Shown: positions 54,662 through 64,000 of the stretch, piece by piece
How the letters are laid out: every line of letters starts with the position of its first letter
Numbering within the stretch: the stretch's first letter is position 1
Assembly: GCA_963715335.1 (NCBI GenBank)
Contig: CAVQRZ010000022.1
Coordinates: 64,001 to 128,000 of the forward strand
From: an uncultured delta proteobacterium
GTDB lineage: Bacteria > Desulfobacterota > Desulfuromonadia > Desulfuromonadales > BM103
Direction: 5' to 3'
DNA: 64,000 nt
Position numbers and translations under genes: made by a program
Notes under the pieces: model-generated
What the model was told of the DNA's origin: nothing
Database searches by the model: none
What the model saw: only the letters and a program-made list of their open reading frames with translations

Positions 54662-56434
54662 ATGGTATTGCAAAACCTCAAGGTTGTCCAAAAGCTCCTG
54701 ATCCTGATCATCGGAGCCCTCATCTCCATAGTGGTTATCACCGGCGTATTTCTTTACTTTCACAAGCAAGTCATGCTGCAGGACCGGATGACCAAGACCC
54801 GTCACCTGGTAGAAAGCGCTTACGGGGTTCTCGACTACCACTACAAGAAAGTCCAGTCCGGTGAACTGACCGAGGCCGAGGCCCAGGAACAGGCCATGCG
54901 GATTGTCGAAGGGATGCGCTACGAGGAGAAAGATTATTTCTGGATCAACGATATGCACCCGGTGATGATCATGCACCCTTACGTGAAGAAGCTGGAAGGT
55001 ACGGATATCTCCGATTTCAAAGACCCCAATGGCAAACGGCTGTTCGTCGAGTTTGTCAACGTGGTCAAGGCAAAGGGTGCCGGGTTCGTCGACTACGTTT
55101 GGCAGAAAGGTGATGATGCGACGAACCTTCAGCCGAAAACCTCCTATGTCAAGGGGTTTAAGCCGTGGGGTTGGATTATCGGCTCAGGGATTTACGTTGA
55201 TGATGTCCAGGCGGCCTTTTACCAGGAATCGATCAATTACGGCGGTGCGATCCTGGTTGCCATACTAATCCTCTCCCTGCTCGCTTTTTGGATCTCACAA
55301 AGTATCACCAGGCCGCTTAAGAAAGCAGTTGACATCGCCGACCAGCTCGCGGTTGGCGATGTCAGCATGGAGATAACCCCAGAAGGTCGCGATGAAGTCG
55401 GTACCTTGCTGCAGTCCATGCGCAAGATGTCCGACGCAACCCGGCTGGTAACGCGCATGGCCAAGGAAATCGCCGAAGGCCATCTTGATATCGCCATTCA
55501 AAAGCGCTCCGACAAGGATGAGTTGATGGTTGCCCTGGCCGATATGACCGGGCGTTTAAAAAATGTGGTCCAGGGGGTCAAGTCAGCCTCTATGCACATC
55601 ACTGCGGGGAGCCAGGCCATGAGCGATTCGGCGCAAATCCTCTCCAGTGGTGCCACGCAACAGGCCGCCGCTGCGGAGGAAGCCGCCAGCAGTATCGAGG
55701 AGATGACCGCCAATATCCGGCAGAATGCGGATAATTCCTTGCAGACCGAAAAAATCGCGACCAAGGCCGCCGAGGATGCCCAGCAGGGCGGTCGAGCCGT
55801 CGAAAAAACGGTTGTGGCGATGAAGGCAATTGCCGAGAAAATTACGATTATCGAAGAGATTGCCCGCCAGACCAACCTGTTGGCACTGAACGCCGCCATC
55901 GAGGCCGCCCGCGCCGGTGAACATGGTAAAGGCTTTGCCGTCGTTGCGGCGGAGGTGCGCAAGCTTGCCGAAAGAAGCCAGGTCGCGGCCGGTGAAATCA
56001 ATGACCTCTCCACATCGAGTGTTGCGGTTGCCGAACAGGCCGGGCGATATCTGAATGATATCGTTCCGGATATTCAGAAGACTGCCGATCTGATACAGGA
56101 AATCAGCGCTGCGAGCAAGGAGCAGGACGCCGGCGCGGACCAGATCGGCAGAAGCATCCAGCAACTCGATGGGGTTATCCAGCAAAATGCCTCGGCCGCC
56201 GAGCAATTTGCTTCGACTGCCGAAGAGTTAACCGGTCAGGCTGCTGAACTCGAAAAGGTGATAGCTTTTTTTGCCATAGAGATGAGTAACAACGAGCGAC
56301 GCACGCAGAAGAGAAAGGCTGTCGATGTGCAGAACAGGTTGGCCCATGCCCCCGCAATGAATACCCCTGCGGCGTCGGTCCATGGCAAGAGCGCTCGAGG
56401 GGATTTACTCGACGACGAATTTGAAACGTTCTGA
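54662..56434 (+). CDS. Methyl-accepting chemotaxis protein with sCache_2-type sensor
   Basis: [43 protein letters not shown] domain; C-terminal EFETF. Confidence 0.95.
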   Translation: MVLQNLKVVQKLLILIIGALISIVVITGVFLYFHKQVMLQDRMTKTRHLVESAYGVLDYHYKKVQSGELTEAEAQEQAMRIVEGMRYEEKDYFWINDMHPVMIMHPYVKKLEGTDISDFKDPNGKRLFVEFVNVVKAKGAGFVDYVWQKGDDATNLQPKTSYVKGFKPWGWIIGSGIYVDDVQAAFYQESINYGGAILVAILILSLLAFWISQSITRPLKKAVDIADQLAVGDVSMEITPEGRDEVGTLLQSMRKMSDATRLVTRMAKEIAEGHLDIAIQKRSDKDELMVALADMTGRLKNVVQGVKSASMHITAGSQAMSDSAQILSSGATQQAAAAEEAASSIEEMTANIRQNADNSLQTEKIATKAAEDAQQGGRAVEKTVVAMKAIAEKITIIEEIARQTNLLALNAAIEAARAGEHGKGFAVVAAEVRKLAERSQVAAGEINDLSTSSVAVAEQAGRYLNDIVPDIQKTADLIQEISAASKEQDAGADQIGRSIQQLDGVIQQNASAAEQFASTAEELTGQAAELEKVIAFFAIEMSNNERRTQKRKAVDVQNRLAHAPAMNTPAASVHGKSARGDLLDDEFETF

Positions 56435-56465
56435 TAACTCAAGTCAGACAGATTCTTCACCTACG

Positions 56466-56500
56466 AAGGCAGGCTCACAATTTCCGTGCAGCCTGCCTTT
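56466..56500 (+). terminator. Terminator-like hairpin after third MCP
   Basis: AAGGCAGGCT...AGCCTGCCTTT. Confidence 0.6.
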
Positions 56501-56604
56501 GGTCATAGAGGGACAATCTTTATCAGGATGGTTATAATTTGTGGCGAGGGGCATAATTATGTGTTAGGGTTAATCATATAATTCTATGCGTTAGGGTTTC
56601 TCCA

Positions 56605-56997
56605 ATGGACAAAGAGATCACCAAAGTACTGATCGTGGAGGATGACCCGGACTTCGCCGAAAGTCTGATGATTGCCCTAGGTGTGCGTAATTGCCACGTT
56701 GATATTGCCCGTACCGGTGAAGAGGCGATCAGGAAATTTCGCAACCTCTGCTACGATATCGCCTTCATGGATATCAAACTTCCGGGCAAGAATGGTGTTG
56801 AGAGCCTTGCGGAGATTCGCGGTTTCTGCCCCACTGCCAGGGTTGTCATGATGACCGGGTTCAGTGAGGCGACCCTGCTTGACAGGGCCCGCCAGGCAGG
56901 TGCGATTGATATCTTGCGTAAGCCGTTCCGCCTGAAGGAGATGTTCTCGTATATCGACCAGATCGAGGACAGCTCTCCACCTGCGGTTCAACATTAA
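56605..56997 (+). CDS. Single-domain response regulator
   Basis: VLIVEDD, FMDIKLPGKNG, MMTGF, LRKPF. Confidence 0.9.
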   Translation: MDKEITKVLIVEDDPDFAESLMIALGVRNCHVDIARTGEEAIRKFRNLCYDIAFMDIKLPGKNGVESLAEIRGFCPTARVVMMTGFSEATLLDRARQAGAIDILRKPFRLKEMFSYIDQIEDSSPPAVQH

Positions 56998-57072
56998 GAT
57001 CCATGATTTGAAGCGTCTGCAGGCTTATCCTTCAGACGCTTTATTCGTTTTGAGGGCAATACTCATATCGTC

Positions 57073-60060
57073 ATGGCACTACTCTCCTCTCTGAAGCGCG
57101 CTTTTTCTGTAAATTTTCTCCTGGTCGGTTCGATCCCCGTCCTGCTTTTCGGCCTGGTCAGTTTTCAACTGGTTTCTGAGCAGCAGCTAAAAGGCGTTCG
57201 TGAGCGGAACCTCGCGCAGGCCAGAGGGATCGCTGAAGAAGTTGACGCATTCCTTCTTGAGGTGCGTTCGGACCTGCAGCACGTCCAGCAGACAGTCGCT
57301 CCCGACACAATCCTGCAACCAGGAAGCACAAATCAATTTTTGGCCGGGATGGTCCGTAACTCCCAGTTCTTCGAGTCGATTTATCTCCTTGATGAAAAGA
57401 TGCACGTTCTGCATCTGGGACTCATGCCCAAACTCGAGTCAAGGCAGGATGACTACACCAATATCGATTTCTCCGGTCACAGCCTGTTTCGAACCGACTG
57501 GGATATAAAGGAACCGGTCTGGAGCAACACTTTTGTGTCCCTGGTTACGGGTGAACCGTCAGTCACCCTTGGCATGCGCTTGCCACATGGCTTTCTGCTG
57601 GGGAATATCCGATTGAGCAGTCTGGGGAAGTTGCTGCAGAGATATTCACAGTACGGTGGAGTCGAAATTGCGATCATCGATAAAGGCGGCACACTGATCG
57701 CGCACAACATTGCGGATCTGGCCATGCAGCGAATCAGTTTTGCCAATCATCCAGCAGTTCTCGGTGCGATGAATGGTGTCGACTCTACCCGGAATTTTGA
57801 GTCCGGCAGCCAGAATTACCTGGAAAGTGCGACGCAAACAAAGACTTCGCATTGGGTGGTCTGGGTTGGTCTGAATATGGACGATGTGAACGCCCCGATC
57901 CACAAAATCCGCAATATGTTGATCTTCTTTATGCTCATTGCCGCGGCCCTGGCAATGGTTATTGCGTTCTTCAGCGTCCGGCGCCTGATGTTGCCCCTAA
58001 ACGCCCTGGGTCACAAGGCCGGCCTGATTGCCGACGGTCATTACGATTTTCAGTTCGACCCTTCAGGATTCACTGAAATTGATACGCTTGCCAGGCAGAT
58101 CAGTGGGATGAGCCGCGCGATCAAGGTGCGTGAGGAATCAATTATCACCAATGAACAGAGGTTCCGTGACCTGGTCAATTCGATTGACGGGATTGTCTGG
58201 GAGATGGCATTTCCTTCTTTCCGGATTCTCTTCGTCAGCCGGCAGGCAGTATCTCTGCTTGGCTATACGATTCAGGACTGGTATGAAGACAGCAACTTCT
58301 GGACGGATAAAATCCATCCCGACGATGCAGAGCAGGCCAAAGCTTACAGCACCCTGATGTCCGAGAAGCTGGAAGACCATAGTTTCGAATACCGGATGAT
58401 TGCTGCAGATGGTCATATTGTGTGGATACGCAACCTGGTCACGGTTGTCATCGAGGACCGATGCCCAGTCCGGTTGTTAGGTGTCATGATCGATATCACG
58501 GCGCAGAAGGAGTTGCTGGAAGAATTGCGGCGCAGTGAAGAAAACTACCGGGAAATTTTCAATGGTACCAGTGATGCGATCTTCATCCATGACGCCGAGA
58601 GCGGCAGAATCCTGGACGTGAACCAGGCCGTGTTGAACATGTACGACTGTTCCTACGAGGAGGCACTGTCCAATGATATCGGCAACTTCAGCAGGGGGGT
58701 CAGCCCCTACACGGTAGATGATGCCAAATTAAAATTGCAGGAGGCCGTGAAGAAGGGCAGCAGTTCCTTTGAGTGGATGGCCAGAAAGATGACCGGTGGC
58801 TTGTTCTGGGCAGATGTCAGCTTGCGCAGTGCCATGATCGGCCACCAGCACCGCGTGCTGGCCTCTGTCCGCGACATTTCGTCACGCAAGCAAGCGCTCG
58901 AACAACTGCGCGAAGCAAACGAGCGATTAAACCTGCTGATTGATCGCATGCCGATTGGTTGTATCCTCTGGACACCTCAATTTACCGTCAATATGTGGAA
59001 CCCGACTGCCGAAAGCATCTTCGGTTTCTCTGCAAAAGAGATGATGGGTAAAGAGCCCTATGGCACGATTGTCCCTGAAGGGGCCCGGTCGACCGTCGAG
59101 CTGCTCTGGTCCAGGCTTATGATTGGGGATAAAGCGGCCCACAGTGTGAATGAAAATATTACCAGACAAGGCGAAACGATTACATGCGAATGGTACAACA
59201 CGCCAATCTTCGATGTTGCAGGCGGAGTTGCCGGAGCGATCTCCATGGTCCAGAATGTTTCGGAGCGTAAAGCTGCCGAAGACGAGTTGGAAAAATATCG
59301 TTCAACTCTTGAGGACCTGGTCAAGGATCGTTCTGCCCAGCTGGAAGCTGCCCAGGCCGAGCTTGTGCAGAAAGAGAGGCTCGCAGTGCTTGGCCAGTTG
59401 ACCGCGACGGTCAGCCACGAGATTCGTAACCCGCTCGGGACGGTTGCCAACGCCCTGTACCTGCTCAAGGAAGCGTTACAGGGTGACGAACGTCCCAAGC
59501 TCGCCAAGCCCCTCCTGCTCGCTGAGCGCAATGTCGAGCGGTGCGACACAATTATCAGTGACCTGCTCGATTTCTCCCGCCAGCGCAAGATCGAGAAGGT
59601 TCCGATCAAAATCGATGACTGGTTGACCGAACTCCTCGATGAAATGAATCTCCCTGAACAAGTCCAGTTACAGAAAGATCTGTCCATAAACGCAGACGTT
59701 CCGGCTGATCCGGAACGCCTGCGCAGGGTCTTGGTCAATGTCATTACCAATGCCGTTCAGGCGCTCAATGAAATTGACAAACCAGACAAAAAGATCACGA
59801 TCCGAACCAGGCTTGTGGATGAAACCTGTGAGATTGCTGTTCAGGACAATGGCCCGGGAATGAGCCAGGACGTGCTCAATCGAATTTTTGAGCCGATGTT
59901 CAGCACCAAGAATTTCGGCGTGGGCCTCGGCGTTCCGATTATCAGGAACATTCTCGAAGGTCATTGTGGAGGTGTTGATTATCTTAGCTCGGTCGGCGAG
60001 GGGACAACCGTTACCATGTGGCTGCCGTTGAGTGAGAAGGTTTGCTCAGAAGAGGCGTGA
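57073..60060 (+). CDS. Sensor histidine kinase (TM-Cache-TM-HAMP-3 PAS-HisKA-HATPase)
   Basis: ATVSHEIRNPL, NVITNA, DNGPGM, GVGLG; N-terminal half paralogous to 34265 kinase. Confidence 0.92.
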   Translation: MALLSSLKRAFSVNFLLVGSIPVLLFGLVSFQLVSEQQLKGVRERNLAQARGIAEEVDAFLLEVRSDLQHVQQTVAPDTILQPGSTNQFLAGMVRNSQFFESIYLLDEKMHVLHLGLMPKLESRQDDYTNIDFSGHSLFRTDWDIKEPVWSNTFVSLVTGEPSVTLGMRLPHGFLLGNIRLSSLGKLLQRYSQYGGVEIAIIDKGGTLIAHNIADLAMQRISFANHPAVLGAMNGVDSTRNFESGSQNYLESATQTKTSHWVVWVGLNMDDVNAPIHKIRNMLIFFMLIAAALAMVIAFFSVRRLMLPLNALGHKAGLIADGHYDFQFDPSGFTEIDTLARQISGMSRAIKVREESIITNEQRFRDLVNSIDGIVWEMAFPSFRILFVSRQAVSLLGYTIQDWYEDSNFWTDKIHPDDAEQAKAYSTLMSEKLEDHSFEYRMIAADGHIVWIRNLVTVVIEDRCPVRLLGVMIDITAQKELLEELRRSEENYREIFNGTSDAIFIHDAESGRILDVNQAVLNMYDCSYEEALSNDIGNFSRGVSPYTVDDAKLKLQEAVKKGSSSFEWMARKMTGGLFWADVSLRSAMIGHQHRVLASVRDISSRKQALEQLREANERLNLLIDRMPIGCILWTPQFTVNMWNPTAESIFGFSAKEMMGKEPYGTIVPEGARSTVELLWSRLMIGDKAAHSVNENITRQGETITCEWYNTPIFDVAGGVAGAISMVQNVSERKAAEDELEKYRSTLEDLVKDRSAQLEAAQAELVQKERLAVLGQLTATVSHEIRNPLGTVANALYLLKEALQGDERPKLAKPLLLAERNVERCDTIISDLLDFSRQRKIEKVPIKIDDWLTELLDEMNLPEQVQLQKDLSINADVPADPERLRRVLVNVITNAVQALNEIDKPDKKITIRTRLVDETCEIAVQDNGPGMSQDVLNRIFEPMFSTKNFGVGLGVPIIRNILEGHCGGVDYLSSVGEGTTVTMWLPLSEKVCSEEA

Positions 60061-60115
60061 GTGTCTCTTTGTCCCCTGGATATCCTGCGGCCTAAATCTG
60101 ATTTTAACTCATTGT

Positions 60116-60131
60116 TGGCACGTTCGTTGTA
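60116..60131 (+). promoter_or_regulatory. Sigma54-like promoter of cheB-pseudokinase-cheD
   Basis: TGGCAC-GTTCG-TTGTA preceded by ATTGT. Confidence 0.5.
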
Positions 60132-60396
60132 AGCCAATCCTTTGACACGATGCCTGATGGGGCCATGACCCGACTGTGGTGTCTTTGTTCGTAAATTTCG
60201 GGCCATCGTGGCGACCATCGTGGTATGATTTTGCGCCATGAACATGCCTAGCGAAGTGCTCACGCCAGGTCTGGTCTGCCGTAGTGGTGATGCCTGGAGA
60301 TTCCGATCGACGCGTACCGCTCTGACGTACGCACTACCCGGTACGGTATTTGTCATAGCTTACCGTTAGATAGATATAAGTTCAGTAGAGGTGGAG

Positions 60397-61473
60397 ATGT
60401 CTCAACCTATCCGTGTTCTGATCGTTGATGATTCTGCAGTGGTCCGTCAGGCCCTCACTGGAATTTTGTCTGCCGATCCGGCGATTGAGGTTATGGCCAC
60501 TGCTGCCGATCCCCTGATTGCCGCCGACAAGATCAGAAAGGAACGCCCGGATGTCATAACCCTTGATGTCGAGATGCCGCGCATGGATGGACTCTCCTTC
60601 CTCAAGCAAATCATGGCGACGGATCCGATACCGGTGGTCATGTGCTCAAGCCTGACGGAAAAGGGTGCCGAGGTGACGATGAAAGCCCTGCAATACGGGG
60701 CTGTGGAGATCATCAATAAGCCGCGCATGGGCGCCAGGCAATTTCTTGAAGACAGCCATGTACAGATTTGTGACGCGGTCAAGGCTGCGGCCAAGGCCCG
60801 GGTCAGACGTCTATCCGCCCTGATCAACGAGCCTGCGCCGAAATTGACGGCGGATGTGATGCTCAGCCAGCCCAGGTCAACAGAGAACTTTCGAACCACG
60901 CAAAAAGTATTAGCCCTGGGAGCCTCGACTGGCGGCACGGAAGCCCTGCGGATCTTTCTCGAGGAGTTGCCTTACGATGCTCCCGGGATCGTGATTGTTC
61001 AGCATATGCCGCAACATTTCACCGCGGCGTTTGCGCGGCGCCTGAACGGCATCTGTCGCATCGAAGTCAAAGAGGCGACTGATGGTGATACGGTGATTCC
61101 CGGCCGGGCCCTGATTGCCCCCGGCAATCTGCACATGATGTTGAAGCGTAGCGGCACCCGTTACTACGTGCAGGTCAAAGATGGTCCACTGGTTTGCCGC
61201 CACAGACCCTCTGTAGATGTGTTGTTCCGTTCGGTTGCCCGTTATGCGGGGATGAATGCCACCGGTATCATCATGACCGGCATGGGTGATGACGGTGCCC
61301 GGGGTATGCTGGAGATGAAGAATGCCGGGGCGGTCAACCTGGCACAGGATGAGGAGAGTTGCGTGGTCTTCGGCATGCCGCATGAAGCGATCAAGCTGAA
61401 TAGCGTACAAAAAATTCTGCCACTCGACAAGTTGGCGGAGGAGGCGATGCGCCTCTACCGCAGTATGAGCTGA
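60397..61473 (+). CDS. cheB: Chemotaxis methylesterase
   Basis: REC (TLDVEMP) + [28 protein letters not shown]. Confidence 0.96.
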   Translation: MSQPIRVLIVDDSAVVRQALTGILSADPAIEVMATAADPLIAADKIRKERPDVITLDVEMPRMDGLSFLKQIMATDPIPVVMCSSLTEKGAEVTMKALQYGAVEIINKPRMGARQFLEDSHVQICDAVKAAAKARVRRLSALINEPAPKLTADVMLSQPRSTENFRTTQKVLALGASTGGTEALRIFLEELPYDAPGIVIVQHMPQHFTAAFARRLNGICRIEVKEATDGDTVIPGRALIAPGNLHMMLKRSGTRYYVQVKDGPLVCRHRPSVDVLFRSVARYAGMNATGIIMTGMGDDGARGMLEMKNAGAVNLAQDEESCVVFGMPHEAIKLNSVQKILPLDKLAEEAMRLYRSMS

Positions 61474-61509
61474 TGTTGATCAGACAATTTATCTATACAG
61501 GATCTTTTT

Positions 61510-62397
61510 ATGAACAAGCCGACAGATGAAGAATTGATTGAGGAAATCCGCCGGCGTTTTGAATTCAATCAGAACGCTCTGAACGACATGCGTGCGATGA
61601 CTCGCAAGCTGGAACAGGTCAATGTGAAACTCCAGGAATCCGAAGCTCTGAAGAGTCAGTTCCTCTCCAATATCCGCAACGAGATCAACAACCCCCTCTC
61701 GGCAATTATGGGCCTGGCCGGTCAATTCTTCGATCGCTCCTGCGACCCTGAAATCTGCAGGAAGACGATCAGTATGATCTATGCGGAGGCGTTCAACCTG
61801 GATTATCAGCTCCAGAATGTTTTCATGGCTGCCGAACTGGAAGCAGGTGATACAGAGCCGGCTTTCGCCATGGTCGACATCAGTTCGGTCCTGAACAGTT
61901 GCCTGGATAAGCTTGGCTATCGGATTTCGGACAAGGCCCTCTCTGTCTCCAGGCAGGTCCCCGAGGACCTGGTTTTCCCGACCGATGCCCAGAAAATTGA
62001 AATTATTCTGCTTAACCTGCTCGGCAACGCGGCCGAATTCACCGAACGTGGCGGTTTGATCACTCTCGAGGTTGAAGAGAACAGGCAGGGGTTGGTCGTG
62101 TCGGTGAGTGATAACGGCCCGGGAATCAGCGCCGCCGACCAGGAGGTCATATTTGACCGTTTCCGGCAGCTCGAAGCCGGCGCGACCAAGGGCCATCGTG
62201 GCCATGGCCTGGGCCTGAGCATCTGTTGGGCTTTGGCAGAACTGCTCGGCGGGGTCCTTGACCTTGACAGCCAGCCCGGGCATGGCAGCCGGTTCGTGCT
62301 GTCTCTGCCGCGTCCCGATGTCGAGACTGTTGTCCATGCCTCTGAGGGCAATTTCTTCATCTTTGATGACACGGAAGGTGAGGTCAAAACCTTCTAG
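61510..62397 (+). CDS. Soluble histidine-kinase-like protein with His-to-Asn at the phosphoacceptor site
   Basis: SQFLSNIRNEINNPL H-box; intact NLLGNA, DNGPGI, FDRF, GHGLGL. Confidence 0.85.
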   Translation: MNKPTDEELIEEIRRRFEFNQNALNDMRAMTRKLEQVNVKLQESEALKSQFLSNIRNEINNPLSAIMGLAGQFFDRSCDPEICRKTISMIYAEAFNLDYQLQNVFMAAELEAGDTEPAFAMVDISSVLNSCLDKLGYRISDKALSVSRQVPEDLVFPTDAQKIEIILLNLLGNAAEFTERGGLITLEVEENRQGLVVSVSDNGPGISAADQEVIFDRFRQLEAGATKGHRGHGLGLSICWALAELLGGVLDLDSQPGHGSRFVLSLPRPDVETVVHASEGNFFIFDDTEGEVKTF

Positions 62398-62400
62398 CTT

Positions 62401-62907
62401 ATGAATCTGCCAATAACAACGCCTCAGGCTGAAGCCCTGCCGCGCCATTACCTCTATCCGGGCACACTGTTCGTGCACCGTCAAGCGCACCTGGTCACCA
62501 CTGTCCTGGGCTCCTGCGTCGCCGTATGCCTCTGGAACCAGACTTCCCAACTCGGCGGGATCAATCATTACCTGCTGCCACTGTGGAACGGTGAAGGCCT
62601 GCCGACACCCAAGTACGGCAACATCGCGATCGCCAAGCTGGTCGAAAAGGTCAGGGCACTTTCCAACCCCGGTGACAAACTGATCGCCAAGGTGTTCGGT
62701 GGTGCTTCCATGTGGGAGAAAACCGAAGGCTTGCTGGCGATTGGCCAAAGAAACATCGAATTTGTCGTTGAGGCCCTGGAATCCCACAAAATCCCGATTG
62801 TCGGCAGTGACCTGGGCGGTTATCACGGCCGCAAGGTGATCTTCAACAGTGGCGACGGCACGGTTCTGATGCGCCGACAGCGGTCGATGCGCATGTCACA
62901 ACCTTGA
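62401..62907 (+). CDS. cheD: Chemoreceptor glutamine deamidase
   Basis: TVLGSCVAVCL, GGINHYLLP, AKVFGGA, IGQRN, DLGG. Confidence 0.93.
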   Translation: MNLPITTPQAEALPRHYLYPGTLFVHRQAHLVTTVLGSCVAVCLWNQTSQLGGINHYLLPLWNGEGLPTPKYGNIAIAKLVEKVRALSNPGDKLIAKVFGGASMWEKTEGLLAIGQRNIEFVVEALESHKIPIVGSDLGGYHGRKVIFNSGDGTVLMRRQRSMRMSQP

Positions 62908-62979
62908 CGAACGGCATGCCTTCTCAGCCACAGATTAATTGCCGGTACGGCACGCTCTTGCTGGACAGGCAGGTGATGC

Positions 62980-63186
62980 TTAGGCTGCCTTGATTTGCCG
63001 ATAACCCCTGACTTGATTTTCGGTACAGCGTTGCCGTGTATATCGTGCCGGCCCCGCTTGTGTTTTGTTGGATGAGCTGCGGGTCGAAGCGGCGTCCGAA
63101 TCAGGTTTTGAGTGGTTTTTGCTTGTGGGGATCAACTGGCTGATGCCTGCGACCAGGAATCCTGCCAACATGATGATTTCAAACAT
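62980..63186 (-). CDS. Small hypothetical protein with N-terminal hydrophobic segment
   Basis: RBS GGGAGG 6 nt before ATG; MFEIIMLAGFLVAGISQLIP then polar tail. Confidence 0.5.
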   Translation of the reverse strand: MFEIIMLAGFLVAGISQLIPTSKNHSKPDSDAASTRSSSNKTQAGPARYTRQRCTENQVRGYRQIKAA

Positions 63187-63347
63187 GACTTGCCTCCCTC
63201 GGTTGTTACCCAGTTAACTTGCGTGCTGTGACAGAATAGGTCACAGTCAGGGCCGCCTGATTCGAAGTCTCGTTTGATGTTGTTGCGACGGTTCTCTGCG
63301 AAGCGCTCCGGCATGAAAAAATGGCCATATATTAGGATGTTTGAATA

Positions 63348-63381
63348 TTGACGAAGCCTGTAAAATCGTATACAGTATGCA
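63348..63381 (+). promoter_or_regulatory. Sigma70-like acnB promoter with overlapping GTATACAGTAT operator
   Basis: TTGACG-17 nt-TACAGT; operator CGTATACAGTATGCA 63367-63381. Confidence 0.65.
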
Positions 63382-63469
63382 GGTTTCGGTTCGACTTGAA
63401 CCCTGTTTTACTCAGGTTATAAACGGTGACAGCTATTTGTTTCACCTACAACTATGATGGAGGAGAGAG

Positions 63470-64000
63470 ATGATTGAAGCTTATCTGATGCACGAAAAAG
63501 AGCGGAATGCCCAGGGTATTCCGGCTCTTCCACTCAACCCGGAGCAGACCACGGATCTATGTGTTTTGCTGCAAAGCCCTCCGGCCGGCAAGGAAGAGTT
63601 CCTGATGAACCTGTTCACCGAAAGGGTTTCTCCCGGTGTTGATCCTGCTGCCGAAGTCAAGGCCGGGTTCCTGGCAGAAATTCTGAAAGGCACCAAGAGC
63701 TCGCCGCTGATCGACAAGCAGAAGGCCGTGCAGATCCTGGGCACCATGATCGGCGGCTACAACGTGCAACCATTGATTGCTGCACTCGGTGATGCTGCTG
63801 TGGCCGATGCCGCTGCGTCAGCTTTGTCCGGCATGACCTATGTTTATGATGCTGCCGGTCAAGTGATTGAACTTGCCAAAAACAATGCTGCAGCAAAAAA
63901 AGTCGTTGAAAGCTGGGCTGCCGCCGAGTGGTTCACTAACAAACCTGCCATGGCAGAAATCATTAAAGTCAAGGTTTTCAAGGTAGATGGTGAAATCAAC
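63470..64000 (+). CDS. acnB: Aconitate hydratase B (3' truncated by window)
   Basis: MIEAYLMHEKERNAQGIPALPL, RVSPGVDPAAEVKAGFL, LGTMIGGYNV, SWAAAEWFT, VFKVDGEIN; RBS GGAGGAG; absent from ORF track because no stop in window. Confidence 0.93.
   Translation, partial: MIEAYLMHEKERNAQGIPALPLNPEQTTDLCVLLQSPPAGKEEFLMNLFTERVSPGVDPAAEVKAGFLAEILKGTKSSPLIDKQKAVQILGTMIGGYNVQPLIAALGDAAVADAAASALSGMTYVYDAAGQVIELAKNNAAAKKVVESWAAAEWFTNKPAMAEIIKVKVFKVDGEIN

Noticed and set aside
60238..60369. 43-codon ORF in the cheB leader
   Set aside because: No RBS and no recognisable features
31600..63000. Chemosensory cluster as a mobile island
   Set aside because: No integrase, transposase, tRNA or flanking direct repeats, and composition looks like the rest of the window

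Overview
A GC-rich bacterial chromosomal window, most consistent with a Desulfuromonadales (Geobacter/Desulfuromonas/Pelobacter-related) organism; this is inferred from gene content and regulatory motifs. (1) 1-10 kb: nitrogen-scavenging locus with a histidine kinase, glnK-amtB-TorF-like porin and a second Amt. Both amt promoters have sigma54-type elements and tandem NtrC-like sites, and the glnK leader has a clear ANTAR dual-hairpin/terminator. msrB, pirin, CIA30, YSC84-like and GGDEF genes are also here. (2) 10-31.6 kb: housekeeping genes (EI24/CysZ-like, suhB-like, TPR-peptidase, fbp, korDABC, mdh, monomeric icd, LysM lipoprotein, aspS, hisS, REC-GGDEF, comEC, M48 protease). (3) 31.7-62.9 kb: a ~31 kb chemosensory/two-component cluster with cheY x2, cheR, cheA carrying an MshEN-like tandem motif, STAS, a CheZ-motif MCP-like protein, three pentapeptide-tailed MCPs, two ~98% identical cheW copies, cheB, cheD, a His-less pseudokinase, two Cache-HAMP-multi-PAS kinases, a sigma54 activator with a truncated paralog, and three transporter-less binding proteins each placed before a sensor. 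(4) The 5' part of acnB. A shared GTATACAGTAT operator sits upstream of korD, icd and acnB. Six apparent single-base insertions break four genes and look like assembly errors. No rRNA, tRNA, CRISPR array or mobile element was seen.
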